From Planctomycetota bacterium (GTDB lineage: Bacteria > Planctomycetota > UBA11346): a DNA stretch of 64,000 bases. This document shows, in pieces, positions 19,039 to 28,861 of this stretch (position 1 is its first letter; each line of letters starts with the position of its first letter). The notes below the pieces were generated by a model that was not told the origin of the DNA, did not search any database, and was given only the letters and a program-made list of their open reading frames with translations. Location of the stretch: assembly GCA_003136555.1 (NCBI GenBank), contig PLEW01000036.1, forward strand, positions 6,640 to 70,639, in the 5' to 3' direction. The translations under genes were made by a program, and so were the position numbers.

Positions 19039-20709
19039 TCAGCGGGACGCGGGAGCGTGCGGGGTGAGCGCCAGGGAGCGCTCCGGCAGGGCCGGACTGC
19101 CATCATTGGTGCGGTAATCGATGCCCATGCGCTCCAGCAGGGGCGCCTGCCCCGCCAGCCGCTGCGTGAAGGAAGGCCAAGCACGTGCCGCTGGCGCCGA
19201 CCAGGCGACCTCAGCGAGGGCGCAGGCACGCGGCCACGCCATGTATTCGAGCTTGGGCATGCTCCAGATGTATTCGCTCCACAGCTGCCCCTGGCAGCCC
19301 AGGACCTGCATGATGCGCTCGCTCGCCGTGCCCTCCGGGATCGGCTCGAAGGTGTACACCTTCTCCAGCGGCAGGTTGCCGCCGATGGTCTGGAACAGGG
19401 GCGAGTCCGGGTGCGGTCCTTGCGAATAGTCGAAGTAGGTATGGGTGGTCGGCGACATCACCACGTCGTTGCCGTGCGCGAGCGCCGCAGTCGCCCATTT
19501 CCAGTTGCGCCACACCATCATGGTAGCGGTTGGTGACAGCCCGCCCTCCTGGATCTCGTCCCATCCGATCAGCCGCTTGCCGCGCTGGGTCAGCAGCTGC
19601 TCGACGCGCTGGATGAACCAGCTCTGCAGCTGGTGCTCGTCGGCCAGATGGTGCTCCTGCATCACCTGCTGGGCGAAGGGCGAGGCATGCCATTCGGTGA
19701 TCGGCGATTCATCGCCGCCGATGTGCACATACGCCCCGGGGAACAGCGGCAGCACCGCATCGAATACCGCAGCGATCATATGGAAGGTCTCCTCGCGCGG
19801 CGCGAGAGTATGGCGGTTGACGCCAAAGCGGGTGGCCACCACCGGTGTCGTCCAGCCGGGGATGTCAAAATTGCCGAGCTCGGGATAGGAGGCGATGGCG
19901 GCCGAGCTGTGGCCCGGCATTTCGAGTTCCGGGATGACGGTGATGAAGCGGGCGCTGGCGTGCTGCACCACCGTGCGGATGTCCTCCTGGGTATAGAAGC
20001 CGCCATAGGGGACGCCATCGCCCTTGCCCGCCTCGCCCATGCGCGGCGATTCCGCGCGCCAGGCGCCGACGCTGGTGAGCTTGGGATAGCCGGGCACCTC
20101 GATGCGCCAGCCCTGGTCCTCGGTGAGGTGCCAGTGGAAGGTGTTGAACTTGTAGGACGCCATCTGGTCGATGAAGCGGCACACCTCCGCGACGGTGAAG
20201 AAATGGCGGCCGCAATCGAGCATCAACCCTCGCCAATGGAAGCGCGGGGCATCCCGCACCTCCAGCGCAGGCACCTGGAAGCCGCCGGCGGTATCGCGGA
20301 CGATCAGCTGGAGCAGGGTCTGCATGCCATTGAACAGGCCATGCGGGGTGCGCGCGCTGATGGTGATCTGCCGTCCTCCGCTGGTGAGCGCGTACGCCTC
20401 CTCAGCCGCCCAGGCCGCACCGCTTGCCTGCAGCGCGGGATCGATGCGCAGCACGATGCCGCTGTCGGAAGCGCTGGGAGCGCGCGCCAGATGCACATGC
20501 AGCTCGGCCGCACAGCGGGCGCACAGGTCATCGGCGAGCGCGGCATCGGCACCGATGACCGCCACCGGCAGGCCCTCGACCAGCGCCACCGGGGAACCCG
20601 TCACCGGTGTCACCGCCAGCGGCTGCGGGATGAGGGCGGGTTCGGAGCCTTGGATGGCCTCGGCAGCGAGGACGGCGATGAGGGGAATGAGGGGTACCGT
20701 GCAGCGCAT
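19039..20709 (-). CDS. beta-N-acetylhexosaminidase, glycoside hydrolase family 20, secreted
   Basis: GH20 catalytic region FHWHLTEDQGWRIE and HIGGDE. Signal peptide MRCTVPLIPLIAVLAAEA after the start at 20707..20709 (RBS GAGGC). Confidence 0.9.
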   Translation of the reverse strand: MRCTVPLIPLIAVLAAEAIQGSEPALIPQPLAVTPVTGSPVALVEGLPVAVIGADAALADDLCARCAAELHVHLARAPSASDSGIVLRIDPALQASGAAWAAEEAYALTSGGRQITISARTPHGLFNGMQTLLQLIVRDTAGGFQVPALEVRDAPRFHWRGLMLDCGRHFFTVAEVCRFIDQMASYKFNTFHWHLTEDQGWRIEVPGYPKLTSVGAWRAESPRMGEAGKGDGVPYGGFYTQEDIRTVVQHASARFITVIPELEMPGHSSAAIASYPELGNFDIPGWTTPVVATRFGVNRHTLAPREETFHMIAAVFDAVLPLFPGAYVHIGGDESPITEWHASPFAQQVMQEHHLADEHQLQSWFIQRVEQLLTQRGKRLIGWDEIQEGGLSPTATMMVWRNWKWATAALAHGNDVVMSPTTHTYFDYSQGPHPDSPLFQTIGGNLPLEKVYTFEPIPEGTASERIMQVLGCQGQLWSEYIWSMPKLEYMAWPRACALAEVAWSAPAARAWPSFTQRLAGQAPLLERMGIDYRTNDGSPALPERSLALTPHAPASR

Positions 20710-20884
20710 CACCACAGCCTCCTGGTCGTCACCCCGCCATCGGGCGGTTGCGGGGTCGGTGGCCGTCCGCTGCCGGCACGCGCTTCGGCGCTGACCACCA
20801 GCGGCCGGTGGCCTCGATGCTCGGGATAACGCTGGCATCACACCCTGGCAGATCAGGGAAAATCCCGCATTCCAAACGGCCGGC

Positions 20885-21685
20885 ATGAGACAGAATGCCG
20901 ACATGGATCCAGTCTTCCGCCGCTGGTGGCGCTTGATCGATGATGTCCCGGACCGCCTGGGCGAGGTGCACCGCTGGCTCGACGGCCCGCCGCCGCCGCT
21001 GATCGGCGATGGTCATCTGCATGTCACTCCGACCTCGGTGGTCTGCCTCGAAGGGGTGGTGCGCATCGTCGCGCCCGATCGCCGCATAGATCTGCGCCCG
21101 GGCGACGCCCTGCTGGTGGCCGCGGGGGTATGGCACCGCCATGAGCCGCTGCGCACCGGCAGCGTGTGGTTCGGCCAGGGCTTCCTGCCGGTATGCTCGG
21201 ACGTGCTGATCGGCGATCACCAGCGGGCGTGGCGCGGCCGCCTGCCCAGCCAGCCGAGCCGACGCCTGATCGAGGAGGCGCTCATCACCGCCAATGATCC
21301 GATCCGCAGGACGCGCTTCGCCGAACTGGTGAAGCAGGTGCTGTCGGAGACCGTCGATGACCTGCCGTTCTCGAATCCCGCCCTGCAGCGCATGATCGCC
21401 CGCCTGTGGTCGAACCTGCACCGCAATGTCACGGTCGAGGACCTAGTGCATGCCAGCGGCCTGTCGCGGGCGCAGGCATATCGCATCTTCACCGAAGGCT
21501 ACGGCGTCCCGCCCAAGGAGGCCATTGCCACTGCCCGATTATGGTTGGCTGAAGGCCTGCTGGCCGCGCGGTTGCCGGTGGCCAATGTCGCCGATCGCTG
21601 CGGCTTCCCCAGCGCCGACACCTTCACCCGCGCCTGGAAGCGCGATCATGGGGTCTCCCCCAGCCAGTGGCGCCGCAGCTTGTAG
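20885..21685 (+). CDS. AraC-family transcriptional regulator (cupin-like N-domain + AraC HTH)
   Basis: C-terminal AraC HTH (VEDLVHASGLSRAQAYRIFTEGYGVPPKEAIATARLWLAEGLL...FPSADTFTRAWKRDHGVSPSQWRR). Divergent from the GH20 gene. Confidence 0.85.
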   Translation: MRQNADMDPVFRRWWRLIDDVPDRLGEVHRWLDGPPPPLIGDGHLHVTPTSVVCLEGVVRIVAPDRRIDLRPGDALLVAAGVWHRHEPLRTGSVWFGQGFLPVCSDVLIGDHQRAWRGRLPSQPSRRLIEEALITANDPIRRTRFAELVKQVLSETVDDLPFSNPALQRMIARLWSNLHRNVTVEDLVHASGLSRAQAYRIFTEGYGVPPKEAIATARLWLAEGLLAARLPVANVADRCGFPSADTFTRAWKRDHGVSPSQWRRSL

Positions 21686-22010
21686 CACTCAACTGCCACC
21701 GCCTGGCTGCCCGGCAGGCCCCATTGCCCTGCATTATGCAGGGGCTTGCCGGCCACCATATGCGCGTTCCGCAATAAGGGGGAAGGGTCCGTCCGTCCCG
21801 CCTGATGACGCCCGGCCAGCATGAGCCATGTCAACACAAGCAGTTAGGACGTTGATGGCGCCCTGGCCCGAGTGCTCGTCCGGAGGTCCCTCCGGTTGGC
21901 TGGTTTGGCACGACTTGCACAAGGGAGCAGCGAGCCTGTTGCCGACAGGTTGACGCATGGGAGTCCTCCCTGCGTTCCGGTGCACACCCGATCATCCAGG
22001 AGTCCTGATC

Positions 22011-22400
22011 ATGCCTCTCACCAAAGAACGTCGCGGATTCGCCGCGATGAGCGAAGCGAAGCAGCGCGAGATTTCCAGCAAGGGCGGCAAAGCCGCTCAC
22101 ATCAAAGGGACCGCCCATGAATTCAATCCCGAGGAAGCGCGCCGTGCCGGTCGACTCGGTGGCGAGGCGGTGAGCCAGAATCGTGAGCACATGGCGCAGA
22201 TCGGCTCCCGCGGCGGTCAGATCCGCGGCCAGAATGCCCTCAACCGCCTGCGTACGGACGACAACGGCCATGAAGCCATGCCTGCGATTCAGTCCACCGC
22301 TCCCGAGCGCGAGGACGCACACGTCCTGGCTGCCCAGCATGCACCGGCCGCCTTCGCTGGTGCCGGCGCCGGTGGAGGACATCAGGTAAGCGACCTGTGA
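22011..22400 (+). CDS. KGG-repeat general stress protein (YciG-like)
   Basis: KGG-type repeats SKGGKAAH, GRLGGEAVSQNREHMAQIGSRGG. Strong RBS AGGAGT 5 nt before the ATG at 22011. Confidence 0.7.
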   Translation: MPLTKERRGFAAMSEAKQREISSKGGKAAHIKGTAHEFNPEEARRAGRLGGEAVSQNREHMAQIGSRGGQIRGQNALNRLRTDDNGHEAMPAIQSTAPEREDAHVLAAQHAPAAFAGAGAGGGHQVSDL

Positions 22401-22405
22401 GCGCT

Positions 22406-22438
22406 GCCCTGCCGCGGCGCCAGGCGCTGCGGCAGGGC
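22406..22438 (+). terminator. GC-rich hairpin (10-bp stem GCCCTGCCGC / GCGGCAGGGC, 13-nt loop) just after the KGG gene stop; candidate intrinsic terminator without a clear U-tract
   Basis: Inverted repeat read directly from the sequence, 6 nt after the stop codon. Confidence 0.3.
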
Positions 22439-22567
22439 GACCCCTCGATCACCAGCACCAGCGGCAGGATGCGTCCGCCACCGAGGGCGTGACCTCGTGG
22501 ACAACCATGCCACCGTGGATGCCGGTGTGGTGCCGCGGTCGTCCCTCATCAATGACCAGGAGTCATC

Positions 22568-22825
22568 ATGTCGACCGTCGCGTCGCAGCTGGGCCTCCTG
22601 CTCCTAGGCACCCTGTTCCTGGCCGGGAGCATCGATGGCTGGCTGCTGTTGTCACCCATGCTCCGCCGAGCGAGACTGGGACGCGCCTTCCGGCGCTGGC
22701 GTGCCCGACGACGCTTCGCCTACAAGATGCGACAGCACTGGGGATCACCGCCCCGCTCATGCCATGACGAAATGGCCCGGGTCAAGGCCATGCGTCGGGG
22801 AGACACCCGGCACCGACTGTCCTAG
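22568..22825 (+). CDS. small hypothetical protein with N-terminal hydrophobic segment and Arg-rich tail
   Basis: Good RBS CAGGAGTCATC before ATG 22568. MSTVASQLGLLLLGTLFLAGSIDGWLLL, then a basic tail. Confidence 0.3.
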   Translation: MSTVASQLGLLLLGTLFLAGSIDGWLLLSPMLRRARLGRAFRRWRARRRFAYKMRQHWGSPPRSCHDEMARVKAMRRGDTRHRLS

Positions 22826-22874
22826 CGGAAGCGGGAGGGCACGGTTTGGGGCGTCTCGCCGGCCGAGCGCATCG

Positions 22875-23279
22875 TCAGGAAATCGCGGCTGCCAAGCGCT
22901 CGCGGCTCTCCAGCGGCAGCTCCACATCCTGGGCGAGCAGGAATCTCACCAGCACCTCGATGTCGTCACCGAACAGCGTCCGGCTCATCTGCCGCACGAC
23001 CTCGAGTTTATAGCTCGCTTCATCCACCAGGGCGCTGAAGACGTGGCTGCGCCCTCCACGCGTCTGGCTGAGGATATGCCGTCGTGACAGGTTGCGCATC
23101 ACCGTCAGGATGGTCGTATAGGCCAGCGGTGGCAATCCCGGCTCGCGGTTCAGGGCATCATGGACAGCATGCACGGTAGCGGGTCCGGTACGCCAGATGT
23201 ACTGCATCACGCGCAGTTGCAGCGGCCCGATGGCGTCCACGCACCAATCCTTAGGGCCAGGTATAGGCGGAGATGACAT
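22875..23279 (-). CDS. BlaI/MecI/CopY-family transcriptional repressor (no adjacent BlaR1-like gene)
   Basis: Winged-helix region LQLRVMQYIWRTGPATVHAVHDALNREPGLPPLAYTTILTVMRNLSRRHIL. Start at 23277..23279 with a strong RBS AAGGAG. Confidence 0.8.
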   Translation of the reverse strand: MSSPPIPGPKDWCVDAIGPLQLRVMQYIWRTGPATVHAVHDALNREPGLPPLAYTTILTVMRNLSRRHILSQTRGGRSHVFSALVDEASYKLEVVRQMSRTLFGDDIEVLVRFLLAQDVELPLESRERLAAAIS

Positions 23280-23659
23280 GCCGACTCCTTGGCGCGGTGG
23301 CAAACCCGGGCATCGACCGCTGGTCGCTAGCACAGCTACGTCGGGGCAGAGCAAATCCGGATGCCCGTGTTGCTGCGAGATGCGACTGCGTGCCCAGTCC
23401 GGGTTGCCGCAGCTCCTGATTCCGCATAGCGCCTCTCCCTGCACCCGCCAATCGCAGCACGCACCTGAGACTCGGCAAATGATGCGCTATCCTATACGAA
23501 TGTATCAGACAAATCAACTGATGCATTTACTAACCGTCTAGTTGACGCATCTGGACGCCCCTCCGAGCCACAACCTGATGATCAGTGGCCAAGCGGTACT
23601 CCCGAGTCTTAGATATCGCCTACGCGCAGCGCCGAGGCGCGGTTGGGCGCGCACATGGG

Positions 23660-24624
23660 CTACTGAGCCACCGAGGACTGCAGCGCACCTGGCGGCAGGG
23701 TGCCCTTGACGAGCGAGTGCTCACGCACGCTGCAGGTCCCATCCACGGCGCCGATCCAGCCCAGCAGCGCATCCGCATGAGCGCACAGCGCCTGGGCCGC
23801 CAGCACCTCTCGCCGCGCCTGGTGCCGCGGCATGCGACTCCCGGCGCTGGGCGCGCCCTGCTCCGTGATGTCGAAGATGCGCAGATCGTGCTCGTCCCGG
23901 CCCTGGTGGACCAGGAAGTAGAACCGCCTGACGCCATTCGACCTGATTCCGGCATGCAGGCGGCTCGCGAGGCTCAGCATCGCCGGCGACCGTACCGCCC
24001 GCCGCACCGCGCGCGCCTGGGCCCGACCGAGGCATGCGAGCGACCCGACCAGGTGGGCAAGGCACGATCGCGGTTCTGGTGCACAGCGAAGACGCCCTCA
24101 CTGCGATCGGGGACGGTCCAGGCCTCGAGCATGCTCGCACACGATGCGTTGGCCGCGAGCTCGCGCAGGCAGAGGCGGATCGCCCCGCAGGCAATGCGAA
24201 CGGTCACCGCCCGCAGCGGCGGCGGACGAACGGCCGAGGCCGCACAGACCTTGAGAGAGCCGTCGGTGAGCGCCTCGATGAGCATGCACTGCTCCGCCCG
24301 GGCGGTGCCCTGCTCGCGCGCGATCAGGACGATGCTGATGGCCAGGCGCCAGAGGTCGAGCTGATAATCGGCAATGACGCTCACTGCAACATCGTTGTGC
24401 TCGTATGCGAGGCTGAACGGAAAGGTCCCAGACACCCCGATGGTGCCCATCTGCAGATCGCCCGACCGCCAGCTCAGTGTCGCTTCGCTGCCGAAACACG
24501 CCAGATCCAGGCAGAAGACGACGTCATCCCAGAACAGCTGATCGGCCCCGCGCAAGACGGTGCTGGGCGAGATCGCCATGGCTGCCTGCGTGACCATGGC
24601 GCTTCTTGGCGGACAGGCCGGCAT
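23660..24624 (-). pseudogene. possible frameshifted gene: ORF 23974..24624 and ORF 23660..24007 look like consecutive halves of one coding region in different frames
   Basis: Both ORFs have protein-like composition and abut at about 24007-24040. Every other frame here is Arg/Pro/Ala junk. No family recognised. Confidence 0.3.
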
Positions 24625-25033
24625 CGGCTGCGCGCAGGCGCTAGATGGGCCAAGCCTCGCGCGCCGCGGGGCGGGTCAGCGGATGAGCCAAGCGGGTGCC
24701 TGAAGCCATGGCCGACTCCTCTAGATGCTGCGGATCTCCGCCCGACACATGCTCGCGCGCAGGCGGCAGCGTGCGAGCAGCGATCGAGGCGGCATCATCG
24801 GTGCGTCCAGGCATAGGTGACGCCGGACCAGGGCGCAATCCAGCACTGCGGCATGCACGATCGAATTACTACGGGCATGCGATGGCCAGGAATTCGTAGC
24901 ACAGAAACCACTCACGGATAGGCTGCGCCGTGATTTCCCCCTCTGCCCGGAGCGCTCGTGACGTGGTGCCGAATGGGCATCAGGGCGCGATGCGGCGCCG
25001 TGCGCTCAGGACCGACCATCAGGAGTCCCAGCC

Positions 25034-25576
25034 ATGCACAAGGAACCTGACCTGCGCCCCTGCGCACCGCCGCAGCTGCGGGTGGACTTCCGTCCGCGGC
25101 GCGCGCGCCCGGGCGTCTCGCGGGAGAGCGATGCGCTGTCGCTGCTCTTCCCTGCCGAAGCGGTGCGCGCGCTCATCCAGCGTGCGGGTGAGATGGGCCG
25201 CGCGATCGAATGGGTGATGGATGCCGCCGCCAGCCTGCGCATCGCCGGCTCGGCCGAACCCTGCGTCTGCGAGATCGGCTGCCGGGATGCTGGGCCAGGC
25301 GGCTTCCGCGTCCCCCTGCCGATGATCGACCTCGTGCGCCTGACCCAGCATCCGCATGACGCGCGCATGCTGGTGATCCGCTATGCCGATGACGAGTACT
25401 GGCTCGCCTGCATCACCATGACCGGCGCCGTGCATACCATCCGCCACCAGCCCACGGAGATGCTGCGCCAAGCTGACGACCTGCTGCTCGACATCGTCAC
25501 CCACCACGCCTGCGTGCAGGCGGACCTCCGCGACCGGATCGAGGATTATCTGCGTGAACGCCATCTGATCATCTGA
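25034..25576 (+). CDS. hypothetical protein (180 aa)
   Basis: RBS CAGGAG upstream of ATG 25034. Protein-like composition. First gene of a four-gene plus-strand cassette. Confidence 0.45.
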   Translation: MHKEPDLRPCAPPQLRVDFRPRRARPGVSRESDALSLLFPAEAVRALIQRAGEMGRAIEWVMDAAASLRIAGSAEPCVCEIGCRDAGPGGFRVPLPMIDLVRLTQHPHDARMLVIRYADDEYWLACITMTGAVHTIRHQPTEMLRQADDLLLDIVTHHACVQADLRDRIEDYLRERHLII

Positions 25577-25676
25577 GCGCTATCGCCACCCCGTGCCCGC
25601 CCGGGCGCGCGTGTAGATCCCGCATGCCCCACCACCGCTGCCTGCCGCCAAACCGACCCCCGAGGAGGTGATCGCC

Positions 25677-26705
25677 GTGATCCGAGACTTCCCACTCCCG
25701 TCCTTCGACACCATGATCGCGCAGTGCCGGCCGCAGCTGGAACGCCTGCGCCACATCCTGCACCTGCCGGCCGAGCAGGCGGTCGCGCCCTGCTCCGCGA
25801 ATGCCGGGCCGGCGGTGCAGCTCATCCGCCTGGTCGGCAACCTGCCGCTACGCTCCCTCGAAGAGGAGGGCGAGCCGGGATGCCTGGCGAGTCATCTGCT
25901 CCAGCTCGCGGCGACCAGCGCACGGCTCTACCAGGAGCGCCATCCCGAGCCGCCGCGTGGGGCCCGCGATCGTGCCGACTGGTGCCGCCGGCTGACCGCC
26001 ATCTGCCTGGCGGGCCTGCTGCGCGACATCGGCATCCTGTGGTACGTCGATGTGCGCGCCGGGAGCCACGAGTGGCCCATCCACCGAGCCCTGATCGATT
26101 GGAGCTTCGAGATCGCGCGTGCCGATCCCCGCATCACCAGCCTGCAGCTGCGCACACGCGCGGCTCCCCGCGATGCGCTAGCGGGACTGCGCCTGCCGAA
26201 TCTCTACTTCCTCTCGCGGCTCGTCCTCCCGGCGGTGGCCAGGTCATGGGGCTGGCAGACCGCCAACGACATCCTGGGCTCGCTGAGCCGCGGCGGCGGC
26301 GGCGGCACGCCGCGGGAAGACCTCCTGACCCTGGTCGAGGAGGCCCGCATCCACGACCTGGCCGAGCGCTCCCACGACCGCGTGATCCCGCCCCTGCCGG
26401 CCAGTCCCGCGTCCACCGCCACTGGTCAGCGGGTCGCGGAGCAGGGCGACGGCGAGGCCGGCGACGGACCGACCGGCCAAGCGGCGCTGGCGCAGGCCTT
26501 CCTGCTCGCCTTCCGCCAGCTGATGGCGCGCGCGGATGCCCCGCGCATCAACCATCACGAGGCCGATGTACTGGTCTCGCCCAGCCACACCCTGCTCGCC
26601 TTGACGCCGGCGCGGACGGATGGCGCCATCGCTTGGATCTGCGAGCACACGCCCGGACGTGGCGCAGGGCAGGAGCGCGGCCGACTGGCGAGCGGTGGTG
26701 CTTGA
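25677..26705 (+). CDS. hypothetical protein with a degenerate HD-like motif (AGLLRDIG)
   Basis: ORF 25668..26705. GGAGG at 25663..25667 suits the GTG at 25677 better than the GTG at 25668. No confident family. Confidence 0.5.
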   Translation: MIRDFPLPSFDTMIAQCRPQLERLRHILHLPAEQAVAPCSANAGPAVQLIRLVGNLPLRSLEEEGEPGCLASHLLQLAATSARLYQERHPEPPRGARDRADWCRRLTAICLAGLLRDIGILWYVDVRAGSHEWPIHRALIDWSFEIARADPRITSLQLRTRAAPRDALAGLRLPNLYFLSRLVLPAVARSWGWQTANDILGSLSRGGGGGTPREDLLTLVEEARIHDLAERSHDRVIPPLPASPASTATGQRVAEQGDGEAGDGPTGQAALAQAFLLAFRQLMARADAPRINHHEADVLVSPSHTLLALTPARTDGAIAWICEHTPGRGAGQERGRLASGGA

Positions 26706-26727
26706 GGCCGTGAGCGACTGCTCCGGC

Positions 26728-27087
26728 ATGTGGCGCCCATCCATGCGGGAGATGATCCATGCGCCCGGAAGCGACCAGGTCGCGATCGTGACCGATGACC
26801 AGGTCCGGCTGCTCTGGCGCGCAGCGTGCCTGGTCCTGCCCAACCACCTGCTCTGGGAGGAGGCTACGCTGGCGCGCCTGCAGCGCTTCGCCGGGCGCGT
26901 GCTGTGCTTCCGACATCCGCCGGGCGGACCGCCTTGCGCATTGGAATCGTGGGGCTTCACCCCCCTGGAGCTGGTGGCGCTGCTGCCTAGCGGCGGCACG
27001 CTCAGGCATGCCCTCAGCAGCGACTCCCCGCCACCGCCGTCAGCCGCGCCACCGCCGCCGCACAGCGGCTCAGATGCAGTTCCATGA
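26728..27087 (+). CDS. hypothetical protein (about 119 aa, Pro-rich tail)
   Basis: Internal ATG of ORF 26620..27087, chosen so the gene starts after the stop of the previous one. Weak RBS. Confidence 0.3.
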   Translation: MWRPSMREMIHAPGSDQVAIVTDDQVRLLWRAACLVLPNHLLWEEATLARLQRFAGRVLCFRHPPGGPPCALESWGFTPLELVALLPSGGTLRHALSSDSPPPPSAAPPPPHSGSDAVP

Positions 27088-27192
27088 CGCGCGGGGAATG
27101 CCTTCCCTTCTCGACACCATCCGGATGCTCCTCGCCATGCTGCCGACCTGCCCGTGCCGCGCCCGGCGATCTGCCGCCGCGCCCAATGCCCG

Positions 27193-27951
27193 ATGAAGGT
27201 CATCGCCGCCATCGCCGAGAAGGGCGGAGTCGGCAAGACCGCCATCGCCTGCGTGGTTGCTGCCGGATTGCGCCTGGCCGGAGCGCGCGTGCTGGTGGTG
27301 GGTCTGGACATCCAGCCGGCAGCGGCCGCGGTGTTCGCCCTGCCGCATCCTGGCGTCTCCGGCGTTGCCCAGCTCCTGCTCGGCGAGGAGGTCCAGCCGG
27401 TCGCTGGCCATCTGGATGTCGAGGTCCTCTCCGGCGGTCCGGCGTTGGATGGCGGCGACATCCGTGCGCTGCGTTCCGATGAGCTGCGCTTCGGCCTGCA
27501 GCGCCTGGCCGACCGCTATGACACGGTGGTGATCGATGTCGCCCCGGTGATCCTCCATCTCCACCGCCTGGCGCTCGATGCCGCCGACCTGGCACTGGTC
27601 ATCAGCGACGCCCAGTGCATGGAGAGCCTGGCCAGCCTGGCCAAGCTGATCGGCGAGATCGCCACCGCCAAGCAGCGGCAGGCCTACAGTCCCGGGGAGG
27701 TGATCCCAGTGATCAACAAGGTCAATCGCTCCCATACCCTGGACTGCCAGCTGGCCGATCAGGTGGCGGAGCGCTACGGCGCCGATCATACGATCATCGA
27801 GATCCCGCATGCGAACATCGTGCCGACTGCGATCGCACGCCGGCGTCCCGAGATGGCGCTGAATGCCCACAGCCCGGTCCAGCAGCCCTTCCGGCAGCTG
27901 ATCGCCCAGGCTGGGCAGCTGATCGTGCGCTCGCCGGAGTGGTCCGGCTAA
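27193..27951 (+). CDS. ParA/MinD-family P-loop ATPase
   Basis: Deviant Walker A AEKGGVGKT at the N-terminus. ParA-like length and layout. Start at ATG 27193 (MKVIAAIAEKGG). Confidence 0.8.
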   Translation: MKVIAAIAEKGGVGKTAIACVVAAGLRLAGARVLVVGLDIQPAAAAVFALPHPGVSGVAQLLLGEEVQPVAGHLDVEVLSGGPALDGGDIRALRSDELRFGLQRLADRYDTVVIDVAPVILHLHRLALDAADLALVISDAQCMESLASLAKLIGEIATAKQRQAYSPGEVIPVINKVNRSHTLDCQLADQVAERYGADHTIIEIPHANIVPTAIARRRPEMALNAHSPVQQPFRQLIAQAGQLIVRSPEWSG

Positions 27952-28205
27952 GGCGCGCCAGGTCCGGTGCTGCGCGCGTCGGCATCGACGAGCCTCTTGA
28001 TCGAGGGTTTGCCCTTGCCCGGCTTCACCCGTGCGCGTCCCACCTGGTCGATGAGGTACGAATCCTCGGTCAGGATGCGATTATCCGAGAAGGTGAGCGT
28101 CTTGCGCAGGGTACGGCAGGCCATGCGGTAGCCGCGCGCGCTGTCCGCACTGACGCGGAAGCTGACCGTCACGGTGACCATCCGTCGTAGTGCCCAGCGC
28201 GCCAT
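27948..28205 (-). CDS. small hypothetical protein (85 aa)
   Basis: Strong RBS AAGGAG-N6-ATG at 28203..28205. MARWALRRMVTVTVSFRVSADSARGY...VKPGKGKPSIKRLVD. Convergent with the ParA-like gene. Confidence 0.35.
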   Translation of the reverse strand: MARWALRRMVTVTVSFRVSADSARGYRMACRTLRKTLTFSDNRILTEDSYLIDQVGRARVKPGKGKPSIKRLVDADARSTGPGAP

Positions 28206-28861
28206 ACCCTGCTCCTTCACTCGCTCGTATCGCCTTGTGACCCCGGTGCATGCATGATGCACGCTCGACGCCGGCTTCCCCTGCCCGGGCCGGTGCCGAC
28301 CGGGCAGAGCATTGCCTGCTGGATGCTTCTGACAAGGGAGATCGTCATGCCATTGCCCAGACCTCGGTGCAGGCCTGAAGCGCGCATCATGCGACCACAC
28401 CGCGCCGTTCACGCCGGGTCTCCTGACCGGCCTCCATCGGACCTTGGCGGCTTCTTCATCAGCGACTGATCGGCGGAACCTCGCTGGCATCCTGGAGCAG
28501 GAGACTGGCGCCTGATCGCACGCGCCCCTGTGCCAGGTCCCCTGCTGGCCGCCGCGGGCTCGCTACCATGGCCTTCGGGCATCTACCTGCCCCGCTCTGC
28601 GCACGGTCGCCGGCCAGCGCTGGTAGCTGCGTGAACCCGCCGGCCGCGGCGATATCCCGATCCGCTCCGCTGCGCACGTTTCGGTGTCCACACCACGGGC
28701 CGGATCAACATCCCCGGTCATCAGCAGTAGAGCATTATTGCTATAACATGTTCGTGCGCTGGACAGGCATAGGGCCGGCTCGGCACCGCCAGGCGATGCT
28801 GCCGCCGTAGGCCTGAGACGCTGCCCGGACCCGATCATCCTGTCAGCCACCGTGGACGACC

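Noticed and set aside
25668-26705. Considered calling the ParA-adjacent unknown protein an ICE/MobH-type relaxase because of the LLRDIG (HD-like) motif
   Set aside because: The His of the HD motif is replaced. The protein is much shorter than MobH relaxases. No integrase, tRNA or conjugation genes are nearby.
28206-28861. Non-coding stretch with a short AT-rich patch (TAGAGCATTATTGCTATAACATGTTCG), considered as an sRNA or promoter
   Set aside because: No convincing -35/-10 spacing or terminator-like hairpin nearby. Insufficient evidence.
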